Shown: positions 48,989 to 62,929, counted from the stretch's first letter. The stretch is 64,000 nucleotides of DNA from Octopus sinensis (GCF_006345805.1 NC_042998.1:49352001-49416000); one strand, 5' to 3'. Numbers and translations: made by a program. Notes: generated from the sequence alone by a model not told the origin.

Positions 48989-51900
48989 TCAAACTGGGTT
49001 TCTGACACCCACCTTTTTTTCCACTTCCTTCCATCTTTTCTCATACACACGCCGTGGTAAGATCCTCTTTTCCAGCCCCATTTTGCTCTTCAGATGATAT
49101 CTGAAGTAAGTGAGCAAGCCGGGGCCGGAGACAAAGGATCCTATCGCGGCTCCTTCCATTCTCGTTCTCCACATGCATTCTTTTACTACTGCAACCGTGC
49201 AGTGAAAACATGCCTCACCTTCCTTCGAGAGTCCAGTTGGCGGTATCATCTTAATCATAGACTCAGCCGACAGCTGTACTCGTCCTAGATGCGATAACAC
49301 GTGTTCTGCGTAACTTATCAAGTCGGACAACTTCCGACAGTGAACAAAAGCGTGCTGGACGGTTTCATCGTCCAACTCGCACCTTGGACACGTCGGTGGC
49401 ACTGAAACTCCGTGCCGCGATAACTTCTCGCGAACAGGTAAAGCATTCCTATAGCACTGCCAGGCCAGGGATCTTTGGAAATTATCCAAATACCCCGACC
49501 TGAAAGTTTTTTTAAACAGGTTGGCAAGCTGGTCTTCATCAAACCCCAGAGCCCCTCCTAGGACGTCGTCGTTTTTTGCCTCTACCAGCCTCTATAAAAT
49601 ACCGAGGTGGTATTTCCGCAGCCGGCCTTGCCCGCCTTGTGGATCAGCGTGAGTGCCTGTCGGCACTCCTTTTGCCATGGAGTCAGTTTCCATCTTTTGA
49701 TGTAACCGGGTTTAAAATTCACTAAGGAGGCCGGTCTCGGGAAAAATCCCCCTGCCAGCGGACTCCACACCTTATCACCCTCCAGGTGGTGCCAGAGATG
49801 CCTTAGCCTCAACGCATGTCTGCGCATCATCAACCAAGGCATCCCTAACCCACCCTTTAACGGTTTTTGGCAGCAAACGGAGCGCCTCACAAGTGGCTTT
49901 CCTCCTTTCCACAAAAAGCGGAAAAGGATTCGTTCCAACTTGTTAAGCCATGAATCGGGGCAAGGGACAACGGTCAGGCGGTAGGTGATTACAGATGCAA
50001 TGAACATCTGCACCACCTCCGCCTTCCCTTTCAAGGACAGAGACCTTCCGGACCAGGTCCGTACTATGGCCTCCACCTTGCCTGTCACCTCACTCCAGTT
50101 CTTCTCCGTTTGGGAGTCTGGCCCAAACCAAACTCCCAGCAACTTAACAGGGCCATCCGTCCAGTGTCCCACGACACTGGACGATATCGACTTGCTCCTC
50201 CAGGTGCCGAGGCGCAAGCCAACCGATTTGTCCTTGTTAACCTTTGCTCCTGCCACCGCCTCGTATCCTCTGATAGCCTCCTCTACACAGGTAGTTGGGC
50301 CTCTTTGGACACGATGAGGGTGACGTCATCCGCATAAGCAGTAACCGTCCTCCCACCTCCGATTTCATCCGAGTTACTCCCAGCCTCTCCAACTTTCGCA
50401 GCAGTGGCTCAAGGCAAATACGTACAAAAGTGGTGACAAGGGGCACCCCTGACGCACTGAACACTCGATCGAAAACGGTTCCGTTAGGTAACCGTTTATC
50501 TGGACGGTGGACTTGATGCCGCTATACATAGCGGAGATCCACCCGCGAAATTCAGGGCCCAGCCCAGCCGCTTCGAGGACCGTCGCCAGGTACCCATGGT
50601 CTACCCTATCGAAGGCTTTACTTTGGTCTAAATGGACCATTACCCCGCCTTTGCCGGCTAATTTACCCACCCTATCTAAGGTGTAGCGTATAAGGTGAAG
50701 ATTGTCCTGGATCGACCTGCCTGGAATTGCACATGTCTGTGCTCTCCCTACAAGTTTCTCCACGACAACCGTCAACCTTTTTGCTAACACCTTGGCCAAA
50801 ATCTTTAACTCTACATTAAGTAGAGTTATGGGCCTGTAATTACTAATATTATCCCCCTTGCTCGGGTCTTTCTGGATTAGCGTCACCACTCCCCGGCTTA
50901 CAGAACTGGGAATTCTCCCATTCTGCTGCCAGTTCGTGTAGACGCCTGCCAGTATTCCCCCGAACAAGTCCGGCATACTTTGGTAAAACTCGTAGGGCAG
51001 ACCATCCAACCCCGGCGACTTCTCCCCGGCGCATCCGGCCAGTATCTCCTTTATCTCCGCGGGAGTGATCGCTCCTTCACAGCACTCCACCTCACGCCCC
51101 GCGAGCCGCGGTCCGCCGGCTAGGAAGTCCTTTAAGGCCCTCCCCCGATCCAGCGAACCACCACCCCCGAACACGCGAGCGAAATGCTGGTGAAGAAACT
51201 TTTGCATCTCCTCCTGTCCATAGATCTTTTGTCCCTGTTCGTCAGTCAAAGATTTGATTGAGGCTCTGTTGCCTCTCTGACTCTCCACACGACGGGCCCA
51301 TCCGGCCACGTTAATACCTTCTCGTTTCCCAGCGCGTAGCTTAGCTCTGACTCTGCAACCTTCGTGTTTGGAGTTAAGGTGACGGTACAATACCGTCCTT
51401 GCCGCCAACACTCCGGATGCAGAGCCAGCTTCCATTGCCTCGTCTAGATTCTTAACTAAATCGCCCTCTAGACTAGCCCTATCTATCCTTAGCTGATTGC
51501 TAAATCTAACGGACTCTAAACGAATGGCTCTTTTGAGGGCGTGCCACCATCTATTGTTAATGATGGTGCCACACAATGCCCTCTGAACTAACACCTTAAT
51601 CCGGGTACGGAAGTCTTCACAATTCAAAATAGCCTTGTTCAGCTTCCAGTACCCGGGTCCCTGTCTATGACACTTGTCTAATTGCACCTCACACGTCACA
51701 AATTTGTGATCCGAGTAAGGTACAATATGAAATTGTGGACAACTAAACGTATCCTTATCTCTTTTCTTAATAAATATCCTATCTAGATACGATCTGCGTG
51801 AGCCGTCGTTGTTACTCCACGTCCACTGTGGAACGCTCGGCTCATCCAGTCGGTAACGGTCCACTAGATCAAAGCTCTCTAGTAGACCCTTGAGGCTAGG

Positions 51901-52373
51901 GTTCCCCTTCCTATTGGTTGAGCCAACACTGTCGATCCGCGCTTCAAGGACAGTGTTAAAGTCCCCTACTAAGATTACTGTTTTCGACGTCGCTAAAAAG
52001 GGCTCCAGGTTCCGAAAAAAACCCGTCTGTTTACCCTCGTTCGGGGCGTAGACAGCTACCAACCTGAAGGACTGTTTACTTACGTGAGTCACATCCAGGA
52101 CAACCAGCCTGCCTTCTGGGTCCAGAAAGACAGTACTTACCTGCAAGTCCAAGCTCTTCCTGATGAAGACTGCCACGCCTCTGCCTCCTCCTCGGCTAGG
52201 AGAAATAAATTTCTCGAAACCATTTAGAAGAGGCGAGAACGCTTGGGTCTCGCTCATCTTGGACTCGGTTGCAATAGCATATCTACACCATGTGTCGTGA
52301 GGTCGTTCAGGAAACAAATTTGTTTCCGTTTCGACCCCATTCCACGTACATTTATACAACCCAGCTTAGCCAT
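48989..52373 (-). CDS. Tx1 copy 1 ORF2 (~1130 aa by consensus; single-base frameshifts)
   Basis: INVRG, VYAPN, GDFN, LDRI and SDH endonuclease motifs; KSPGLDGLP, LDQSKAFDRV, VRQGCPLSP and YADD RT motifs; C-terminal CPRC....ETVQHAFVHC. Confidence 0.9.
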
Positions 52374-52400
52374 TGTGGTGAGAGAGAAAAATGAGTGTAC

Positions 52401-53818
52401 TCACGGTTGGGAAAGGGAGCATGACAGTTTAGATCTGCCTGCTTCCCCTTCTTCCGCTGCTGCAGGGCTCTTGACCGGCGTTGCCACTGGGCTCTGGGTG
52501 GGTGTGGTTGCCGGGGTTATTATCAGTTTGCCCTCCATTACCTCCTTGGTCACGTCTCTCTTATTAGTCGGTTCCCAGATGTTCCTGAAAACCTCCTCCT
52601 CCACTCGTCCTCCCCTACCTTCGCAAAGCGAGCGGTTGCTTTCCATCTGAGGTTCTACTATACAATATAAATCTCGAAAGTTTGCAGCACTTATAAACTT
52701 TCTCGTTTTTCTCGTCGAAAGCTATAATCCTCTCGTTCTTATGCAAACACTTTTTAATGTCTTGTTTTATGGGGAGGGGCTTGGCAAACTGTTTTCCAAT
52801 GAAAACAGTGCCATGGGGGTAGGGTTGGGGGATTTGCTTGATGTGTGTGTCTGCTGTGTTTGCTGTTTTTTTTCTTGTTTGGGGAGGGGAGTCCTGGGTA
52901 TTCTCTTTTTTTCTTTTATGAGTGACTTGTGTGTAGTCCATTAGTTCTGTATGGTCTGTTTTTGTTTCCGTACTTGTCTTCGTCTTTTTGTTGTTTTTTC
53001 CTGTTTCCTCCCCTTCAGTGATAGGGACACTTTGAGGAGGCGCTTCTTCTGTTTTTTTCTTTTTAATACAATTGGATCGGACGTGACCCTTCTCTCCACA
53101 CTTGAAGCATCTGGGTCTACGTCCCTCTACCGAAACTCTCATGGACGTACCGTCCTCATTAAAGATTCTGTCGGGCAGGTTTTCTAGGATTTTGTTCTCC
53201 GCCTGCACGAGGAGCTCCAGGGTCTGGCCCTTCCACCGTACCACCTCTTTCCTTCTCATTTGCAGTTTGATATTCACGTTCAATGTTGTGCAGGACTGCC
53301 GCTGCTACCCACATGATGTCGTACCCTCTGGGTATGTCTTCTACCAGTAACTTCGCAGTTCGCTTCCCCATATACGAGGGTAGCAGCATGATGTCGTCGT
53401 TTTTTAGGGTCAACGACGACACCTCTTTCGCCACCTCTGCCGTGTCAAAGTGCGCCTCGACGTAGCACTGCGTGCACCTCTAACGACATGACGAATTTTG
53501 TCCCACACCGGGGACAGGCACTTTCGACAATTTCATTTTTCACATCCATTATCTATTTCTCTTTAAGCTGTATACTTTGTAAATCACTATTCTTTCTTTA
53601 ATCTCTTGTACTTTTGCCTGCGGCGGTACAAGCCTTATTTCGCCTCCTTCCACTTTTACCAGGTTCCTGAATTCGTATAGCTGTTCAATTTTAAACTCGA
53701 CATCCATCATGGCGCCGCCTACCGCGGCCGAGAATGACTGTTTGGGTACTTCTTTATCCTTATTTTCACTTTTTTCCATCACGGGGAAATCTTCCTTCGA
53801 CGTCAAGTCGACTCCTTT
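52401..53818 (-). CDS. Tx1 copy 1 ORF1 (gag-like, ~470 aa by consensus; frameshifted)
   Basis: Single zinc knuckle CFKCGEKGHVRSNC followed by a Lys/Thr-rich low-complexity region; start inferred from copy 2 (MEFDLTSK). Confidence 0.75.
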
Positions 53819-54281
53819 AAAAAAAAATTACCTCCAAGGTACAAAAATGCAGGTAATACAAAATTTTCTGCCCCGTAGGGCGAAAATTACCGTTTTACAA
53901 CGGGCACTGTTCAAAACAGTTAGCACAAACAATAATTCACAAATTCGAACTCTCTTAAATGGAGGCAGCAATTTTCTCACAACGCAGATGAACAGTAACT
54001 CGAAAATTTCTTTTCAATAGAAAGTGGTATTTCTTTATTATGATTATATAATCACACATAGAAGGACAAATACAGGACATACATACAACAAAAAAAAAAA
54101 AAAAAAAAACATTTAGAGATTCGTTTAAAAATTTTCGTTTACATTTGAATTATTCTTTATAAAAATAAAAATAAATGTCTTTTATATACCTAGTAGAACA
54201 AACCACAATACATAACTGGAGCTTCTGCACCCCGGCAATTTATGAGGCCCTGCAGCTTCACTTCCTCTCTCTCCTCCATGG

Positions 54282-57200
54282 TCAAGCTGGGTTTCTGACA
54301 CCCACCTTTTTTTCCACTTCCTTCCATCTTTTCTCATACACACGCCGTGGTAAGATCCTCTTTTCCAGCCCCATTTTGCTCTTCATGATATCTGAAGTAA
54401 GTGAGCAAGCCGGGGCCGGAGACAAAGGATCCTATCGCGGCTCCTTCCATCTCGTTCTCCACATGCATTCTTTTACTACTGCAACCGTGCAGTGAAAACA
54501 TGCCTCACCTTCCTTCGAGAGTCCAGTTGGCGGTATCATCTTAATCATAGACTCAGCCGACAGCTGTACTCGTCCCAGATGCGATAACACGTGTTCTGCG
54601 TAACTTATCAAGTCGGACAACTTCCGACAGTGAACAAAAGCGTGCTGGACGGTTTCATCGTCCAACTCGCACCTTGGACACGTCGGTGGCACTGAAACTC
54701 CGTGCCGCGATAACTTCTCGCGAACAGGTAAAGCATTCCTATAGCACTGCCAGGCCAGGGATCTTTGGAAATTATCCAAACCCCGACCTGAAAGTTTTTT
54801 TAAACAGGTTGGCAAGCTGGTCTTCATCAAACCCCAGAGCCCCTCCTAGGACGTCGTCGTTTTTTGCCTCTACCAGCCCTCTATAAAATACCGAGGTGGT
54901 ATTTCCGCAGCCGGCCTTGCCCGCCTTGTGGATCAGCGTGAGTGCCTGTCGGCACTCCTTTTGCCATGGAGTCAGTTTCCATCTTTTGATGTAACCGGGT
55001 TTAAAATTCACTAAGGAGGCCGGTCTCGGGAAAAATCCCCCTGCCAGCGGACTCCACACCTTATCACCTTCCAGGTGGTGCCAGAGATGCCTTAGCCTCA
55101 ACGCATGTCTGCGCATCATCAACCAAGGCATTCCTAACCCACCCTTTAACGGTTCCTGGCAGCAAACGGAGCGCCTCACAAGTGGCTTCCTCCTTTCCAC
55201 AAAAAGCGGAAAAGGATTCGCTCCAACTTGTTAAGCCATGAATCGGGGCAAGGGACAACGGTCAGGCGGTAGGTGATTACAGATGCAATGAACATCTGCA
55301 CCACCTCCGCCTTTCCTTTCAAGGACAGAAACCTTCCGGACCAGGTCCGTACTATGGCTTCCACCTTGCTTGTCACCTCACTCCAGTTCTTCTCCGTTTG
55401 GGAGTCTGGCCCAAACCAAACTCCCAGCAACTGGACGATATCGACACTGGACGATATCGACTTGCTCCTCCAGGTGCCGAGGCGCAAGCCAACCGATTTG
55501 TCCTTGTTAACCTTTGCTCCTGCCACCGCCTCGTATCCTCTGATAGCCTCCTCTACACAAGGTAGTTGGGCCTCTTTGGACACGATGAGGGTGACGTCAT
55601 CCGCATAAGCAGTAACCGTCCTCCCACCTCCGATTTCATCCGAGTTACTCCCTAGCCTCTCCAACTTTCGCAGCAGTGGCTCAAGAGCCAATACGTACAA
55701 AAGTGGTGACAAGGGGCACCCCTGACGCACTGAACACTCGATCGAAAACGGTTCCGTTAGGTAACCGTTTATCTGGACGGTGGACTTGATGCCGCTATAC
55801 ATAGCGGAGATCCACCCGCGAAATTCAGGGCCCAGCCCAGCCGCTTCGAGGACCGTCGCCAGGTACCCATGGTCTACCCTATCGAAGGCTTTACTTTGGT
55901 CTAAATGGACCATTACCCCCCTTTGCCGGCTAATTTACCCACCCTATCTAAGGTGTAGCGTATAAGGTGAAGGTTGTCCTGGATCGACCTGCCTGGAATT
56001 GCACATGTCTGTGCTCTCCCTACAAGTTTCTCCACGACAACCGTCAACCTTTTTGCCAACACCTTGGCCAAAATCTTTAACTCTACATTAAGTAGAGTTA
56101 TGGGCCTGTAGTTACTAATATTATCCCCCTTGCTCGGGTCTTTCTGGATTAGCGTCACCACTCCCCGGCTTACAGAACTGGGAATTCTCCCATTCTGCTG
56201 CCAGTTCGTGTAGACGCCCGCCAGTATTCCCCCGAACAAGTCCGGCATACTTTGGTAAAACTCGTAGGGCAGACCATCCAACCCCGGCGACTTCTCCCCG
56301 GCGCATCCGGCCAGTATCTCCTTTATCTCCGCGGGAGTGATCGCTCCTTCACAGCACTCCACCTCACGCCCCGCGAGCCGCGGTCCGCCGGCTAGGAAGT
56401 CCTTTAAGGCCCTCCCCCGATCCAGCGAACCACCACCCCCGAACACGCGAGCGAAATGCTGGTGAAGAAACTTTTGCATCTCCTCCTGTCCATAGATCTT
56501 TTGTCCCTGTTCGTCAGTCAAAGATTTGATTGAGGCTCTGTTGCCTCTCTGACTCTCCACACGACGGGCCCATCCGGCCACGTTAATACCTTCTCGTTTC
56601 CCAGCGCGTAGCTTAGCTCTGACTCTGCAACCTTCGTGTTTGGAGTTAAGGTGACGGTACAATACCGTCCTTGCCGCCAACACTCCGGATGCAGAGCCAG
56701 CTTCCATTGCCTCGTCTAGATTCTTAACTAAATCGCCCTCTAGACTAGCCCTATCTATCCTTAGCTGATTGCTAAATCTAACGGACTCTAAACGAATGGC
56801 TCTTTTGAGGGCGTGCCACCATCTATTGTTAATGATGGTGCCACACAATGCCCTCTGAACTAACACCTTAATCCGGGTACGGAAGTCTTCACAATTCAAA
56901 ATAGCCTTGTTCAGCTTCCAGTACCCGGGTCCCTGTCTATGACACTTGTCTAATTGCACCTCACACGTCACAAATTTGTGATCCGAGTAAGGTACAATAT
57001 GAAATTGTGGACAACTAAACGTATCCTTATCTCTTTTCTTAATAAATATCCTATCTAGATACGATCTGTGTGAGCCGTCGTTGTTACTCCACGTCCACTG
57101 TGGAACGCTCGGCTCATCCAGTCGGTAACGGTCCACTAGATCAAAGCTCTCTAGTAGACCCTTGAGGCTAGGGTTCCCCTTCCTATTGGTTGAGCCAACA

Positions 57201-57645
57201 CTGTCGATCCGCGCTTCAAGGACAGTGTTAAAGTCCCCTACTAGGATTACTGTTTTCGACGTCGCTAAAAAGGGCTCCAGGTTCCGAAAAAAAACCTGTC
57301 TGTTACCCTCGTTCGGGGCGTAGACAGCTACCAACCTGAAGGACTGTTTACTTACGTGAGTCACATCCAGGACAACCAGCCTGCCTTCTGGGTCCAGAAA
57401 GACAGTACTTACCTGCAAGTCCAAGCTCTTCCTGATGAAGACTGCCACGCCTCTGCCTCCTCCTCGGCTAGGAGAAATAAATTTCTCGAAACCATTTAGA
57501 AGAGGCGAGAACGCTTGGGTCTCGCTCATCTTGGACTCGGTTGCAATAGCATATCTACACCATGTGTCGTGAGGTCGTTCAGGAAACAAATTTGTTTCCG
57601 TTTCGACCCCATTCCACGTACATTTATACAACCCAGCTTAGCCAT
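54282..57645 (-). CDS. Tx1 copy 2 ORF2 (frameshifted)
   Basis: ORF-track pieces 55913-57631, 55176-55913, 54772-55200 and 54432-54830. Confidence 0.88.
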
Positions 57646-57673
57646 TGTAGGTGAGAGAGAAAAATAAATGTAC

Positions 57674-59084
57674 TCACGGTTGGGAAGGGAGCATGACAGT
57701 TTAAATCTGCCTGCTTCCCCTTCTTCCGCTGCTGCAGGGCTCTTGACCGGCGTTGCCACTGGGCTCTGGGTGGGTGTGGTTGCCGGGGTTATTATCAGTT
57801 TGCCCTCCATTACCTCTTTGGTCACGTCTCTTATTAGACGGTTCCTCAGATGTTCCTGAAGAACCTCCTCCTTCCACTCGTCCTCCCCTACCTTCGCGAA
57901 GCGAGCGGTTGCTTTCCATCTGTGGTTCTACTATACAATACAAATCTTGAAAATTTGCAACACTTATACACTTTTCGTTTTTCTCATCGAAAGCTATGAT
58001 CCTCTCGTTCTTCTGTAAACACTTTTTTATGTCTTGTTTTATGGGGAGGGGCTTGGCAAACTGTTTTCCAATGAAAACAGTGCCATGGGGGTAGGGTTGG
58101 GGGATTTGCTTGATGTGTGTGTCTGCTGTGTTTGCTGTTTTTTTTCTTGTTTGGGGAGGGGAGTCCTGGGTATTCTCTTTTTTCTTTTATGAGTGACTTG
58201 TGTGTAGTCCATTGGTTCTGTATGGTCCGTTTTTGTTTCCGTACTTGTCTTCGTCTTTTTGTTGTTTTTTCCTGTTTCCTCCCCTTCAGTGTTGGGACAC
58301 TTTGGGAGGCGCTTCTTCTGTTTTTTTCTTTTTAATACAATTGATCGGACGTGACCCTTCTCTCCACACTTGAAGCATCTGGGTCTACGTCCCTCTACCG
58401 AAACTCTCATGGACGTACCGTCCTCATTAAAGATTCTATCGGGCAGGTTTTCTAGGATTTTGTTCTCCGCCTGCACGAGGAGCTCCAGGGTCTGACCCTT
58501 CCACCGTACCACCTCTTTCCTTCTCATCTGCAGTATCGATATTTCTCGTTCAATGTTGTGCAGGACCGCCGCTGCTACCCACATGATGTCGTACCCTCTG
58601 GGTATGTCTTCTACCAGTAACTTCGCTTCGCTTCCCCATGTACGAGGGTAGCAGCATGATGTCGTCGTTTTTTAGGGTCAACGACGACACCTCTCTCGCT
58701 ACCTCTCCTGTCAAAGTGCGCCTCGACTGTAGCACTGCGTGCACCTCTACGACATGACGAATTTTGTCCCACACCGGGGACAGGCACTTTTCGACCATTT
58801 CATTTTTACATCCATAATCTTCTTTTCTTTAAAGCTGTATACTTTGTAAATCACTATTCTTTCTTTAATCTCTTGTACTTTTGCCTGCGGCGGTACAAGC
58901 CTTATCTCGCCTCCTTCCACTTTTACCAGGTTCCTGAATTCGTATAGCTTGTTCGATTTTAAACTCGACATCCATCATGGCGCCGCCCACCGCGGCCGAG
59001 AATGACTGTTTGGGTACTTCTTTTCCTTATTTTCACTTTTTCCCATCACGGGGAAATCTTCTTCGACGTCAAGTCGAACTCCAT
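57674..59084 (-). CDS. Tx1 copy 2 ORF1 (frameshifted)
   Basis: Same peptide blocks as copy 1. Confidence 0.72.
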
Positions 59085-59542
59085 TTCAAAAAAAAATTAC
59101 CTCCAAGGTAACAAAAATGCAGGTAATACAAAAATTTTCTGCCCCGTAGGGCGAAAATTACCGTTTTACAACGGGCACTGTTCAAAACAGTTAGCACAAA
59201 CAATAATATCACAACTTCGAACTCTCTTAAATGGAGGCAGCAATTTTCTCACAACGCAGATGAACAGTAACTCGAAAATTTCTTTTCAATAGTGGTATTT
59301 CTTTATTATGATTATATAATCACACATAGAAGGACAAATACAGGACATACATACAAAAAACAAAACATTTAAGAGATTCGTTTAAAAAATTTTCGTTTAC
59401 ATTTGAATTATTCGTTTATAAAAATGAAAATAAATGTCTTTTATATGACCTAGTAGAACAAACCACAATACATAACTGGAGCTTCTGCACCCCGGCAATT
59501 TATGAGGCCCTGCAGCTTCCACTTCCTCTCTCTCCTCCATGG

Positions 59543-62500
59543 TCAAGCTGGGTTTCTGACACCCACCTTTTTTTCCACTTCCTTCCATCTTTTCTCATAC
59601 ACACCCGTGGTAAGATCCTCTTTTCCAGCCCCATTTTGCTCTTCAGATGATATCTGAAGTAAGTGAGCAAGCCGGGGCCGGAGACAAAGGATCCTATCGC
59701 GGCTCCTTCCATTCTCGTTCTCCACATGCATTCTTTTACTACTGCAACCGTGCAGTGAAAACATGCCTCACCTTCCTTCGAGAGTCCAGTTGGCGGTATC
59801 ATCTTAATCATAGACTCAGCCGACAGCTGTACTCGTCCCAGATGCGATAACACGTGTTCTGCGTAACTTATCAAGTCGGACAACTTCCGACAGTGAACAA
59901 AAGCGTGCTGGACGGTTTCATCGTCCAACTCGCACCTTGGACACGTCGGTGGCACTGGAACTCCGTGCCGCGATAACTTCTCGCGAACAGGTAAAGCATT
60001 CCTATAACACTGCCAGGCCAGGGATCTTTGGAAATTATCCAAATACCCCGACCTGAAAGTTTTTTTAAACAGGTTGGCAAGCTGGTCTTCATCAAACCCC
60101 AGAGCCCCTCCTAGGACGTCGTCGTTTTTTGCCTCTACCAGCCCTCTATAAAATACCGAGGTGGTATTTCCGCAGCCGGCCTTGCCCGCCTTGTGGATCA
60201 GCGTGAGTGCCTGTCGGCACTCCTTTTGCCATGGAGTCAGTTTCCATCTTTTGATGTAACCGGGTTTAAAATTCACTAAGGAGGCCGGTCTCGGGAAAAA
60301 TCCCCCTGCCAGCGGACTCCACACCTTATCACCTTCCAGGTGGTGCCAGAGATGCCTTAGCCTCAACGCATGTCTGCGCATCATCAACCAAGGCATTCCT
60401 AACCCACCCTTTAACGGTTCCTGGCAGCAAACGGAGCGCCTCACAAGTGGCCTTCCTCCTTTCCACAAAAAGCGGAAAAGGATTCGCTCCAACTTGTTAA
60501 GCCATGAATCGGGGCAAGGGACAACGGTCAGGCGGTAGGTGATTACAGATGCAATGAACATCTGCACCACCTCCGCCTTTCCTTTCAAGGACAGAACCTT
60601 CCGGACCAGGTCCGTACTATGGCTTCCACCTTGCTTGTCACCTCACTCCAGTTCTTCTCCGTTTGGGAGTCTGGCCCAAACCAAACTCCCAGCAACTTAA
60701 CAGGGCCATCCGTCCAGTGTCCCACGACACTGGACGATATCGACTTGCTCCTCCAGGTGCCGAGGCGCAAGCCAACCGATTTGTCCTTGTTAACCTTTGC
60801 TCCTGCCACCGCCTCGTATCCTCTGATAGCCTCCTCTACACAAGGTAGTTGGGCCTCTTTGGACACGATGAGGGTGACGTCATCCGCATAAGCAGTAACC
60901 GTCCTCCCACCTCCGATTTCATCCGAGTTACTCCCTAGCCTCTCCAACTTTCGCAGCAGTGGCTCAAGAGCCAATACGTACAAAAGTGGTGACAAGGGGC
61001 ACCCCTGACGCACTGAACACTCGATCGAAAACGGTTCCGTTAGGTAACCGTTTATCTGGACGGTGGACTTGATGCCGCTATACATAGCGGAGATCCACCC
61101 GCGAAATTCAGGGCCCAGCCCAGCCGCTTCGAGGACCGTCGCCAGGTACCCATGGTCTACCCTATCGAAGGCTTTACTTTGGTCTAAATGGACCATTACC
61201 CCGCCTTTGCCGGCTAATTTACCCACCCTATCTAAGGTGTAGCGTATAAGGTGAAGATTGTCCTGGATCGACCTGCCTGGAATTGCACATGTCTGTGCTC
61301 TCCCTACAAGTTTCTCCACGACAACCGTCAACCTTTTTGCTAACACCTTGGCCAAAATCTTTAACTCTACATTAAGTAGAGTTATGGCCTGTAGTTACTA
61401 ATATTATCCCCCTTGCTCGGGTCTTTCTGGATTAGCGTCACCACTCCCCGGCTTACAGAACTGGGAATTCTCCCATTCTGCTGCCAGTTCGTGTAGACGC
61501 CTGCCAGTATTCCCCCGAACAAGTCCGGCATACTTTGGTAAAACTCGTAGGGCAGACCATCCAACCCCGGCGACTTCTCCCCGGCGCATCCGGCCAGTAT
61601 CTCCTTTATCTCCGCGGGAGTGATCGCTCCTTCACAGCACTCCACCTCACGCCCCGCGAGCCGCGGTCCGCCGGCTAGGAAGTCCTTTAAGGCCCTCCCC
61701 CGATCCAGCGAACCACCACCCCCGAACACGCGAGCGAAATGCTGGTGAAGAAACTTTTGCATCTCCTCCTGTCCATAGATCTTTTGTCCCTGTTCGTCAG
61801 TCAAAGATTTGATTGAGGCTCTGTTGCCTCTCTGACTCTCCACACGACGGGCCCATCCGGCCACGTTAATACCTTCTCGTTTCCCAGCGCGCAGCTTAGC
61901 TCTGACTCTGCAACCTTCGTGTTTGGAGTTAAGGTGACGGTACAATACCGTCCTTGCCGCCAACACTCCGGATGCGGAGCCAGCTTCCATTGCCTCGTCT
62001 AGATTCTTAACTAAATCGCCCTCTAGACTAGCCCTATCTATCCTTAGCTGATTGCTAAATCTAACGGACTCTGAACGAATGGCTCTTTTGAGGGCGTGCC
62101 ACCATCTATTGTTAATGATGGTGCCACACAATGCCCTCTGAACTAACACCTTAATCCGGGTACGGAAGTCTTCACAATTCAAAATAGCCTTGTTCAGCTT
62201 CCAGTACCCGGGTCCCTGTCTATGACACTTGTCTAATTGCACCTCACACGTCACAAATTTGTGATCCGAGTAAGGTACAATATGAAATTGTGGACAACTA
62301 AACGTATCCTTATCTCTTTTCTTAATAAATATCCTATCTAGATACGATCTGCGTGAGCCGTCGTTGTTACTCCACGTCCACTGTGGAACGCTCGGCTCAT
62401 CCAGTCGGTAACGGTCCACCAGATCAAAGCTCTCTAGTAGACCCTTGAGGCTAGGGTTCCCCTTCCTATTGGTTGAGCCAACACTGTCGATGTGCGCTTC

Positions 62501-62929
62501 AAGGACAGTGTTAAAGTCCCCTACTAGGATTACTGTTTTCGACGTCGCTAAAAAGGGCTCCAGGTTCCGAAAAAAACCCGTCTGTTTACCCTCGTTCGGG
62601 GCGTAGACAGCTACCAACCTGAAGGACTGTTTACTTACGTGAGTCACATCCAGGACAACCAGCCTGCCTTCTGGGTCCAGAAAGACAGTACTTACCTGCA
62701 AGTCCAAGCTCTTCCTGATGAAGACTGCCACGCCTCTGCCTCCTCCTCGGCTAGGAGAAATAAATTTCTCGAAACCATTTAGAAGAGGCGAGAACGCTTG
62801 GGTCTCGCTCATCTTGGACTCGGTTGCAATAGCAATATCTACACCATGTGTCGTGAGGTCGTTCAGGAAACAAATTTGTTTCCGTTTCGACCCCATTCCA
62901 CGTACATTTATACAACCCAGCTTAGCCAT
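59543..62929 (-). CDS. Tx1 copy 3 ORF2 (start MAKLGCINVRG; few frameshifts)
   Basis: ORF-track pieces 61382-62929, 60585-61355 and 59500-60588. Confidence 0.9.

Larger units (their letters stand above)
48718..54020 (-). mobile_element. Tx1/L1-clade non-LTR retrotransposon, copy 1 (full length, ~5.3 kb)
   Basis: ORF1 with CCHC knuckle + ORF2 APE-RT-zf; boundaries defined by comparing the three copies. Confidence 0.93.
54025..59292 (-). mobile_element. Tx1 copy 2 (full length)
   Basis: Near-identical to copy 1. ORF1 ~59084-57674, ORF2 ~57645-54282. Confidence 0.93.
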
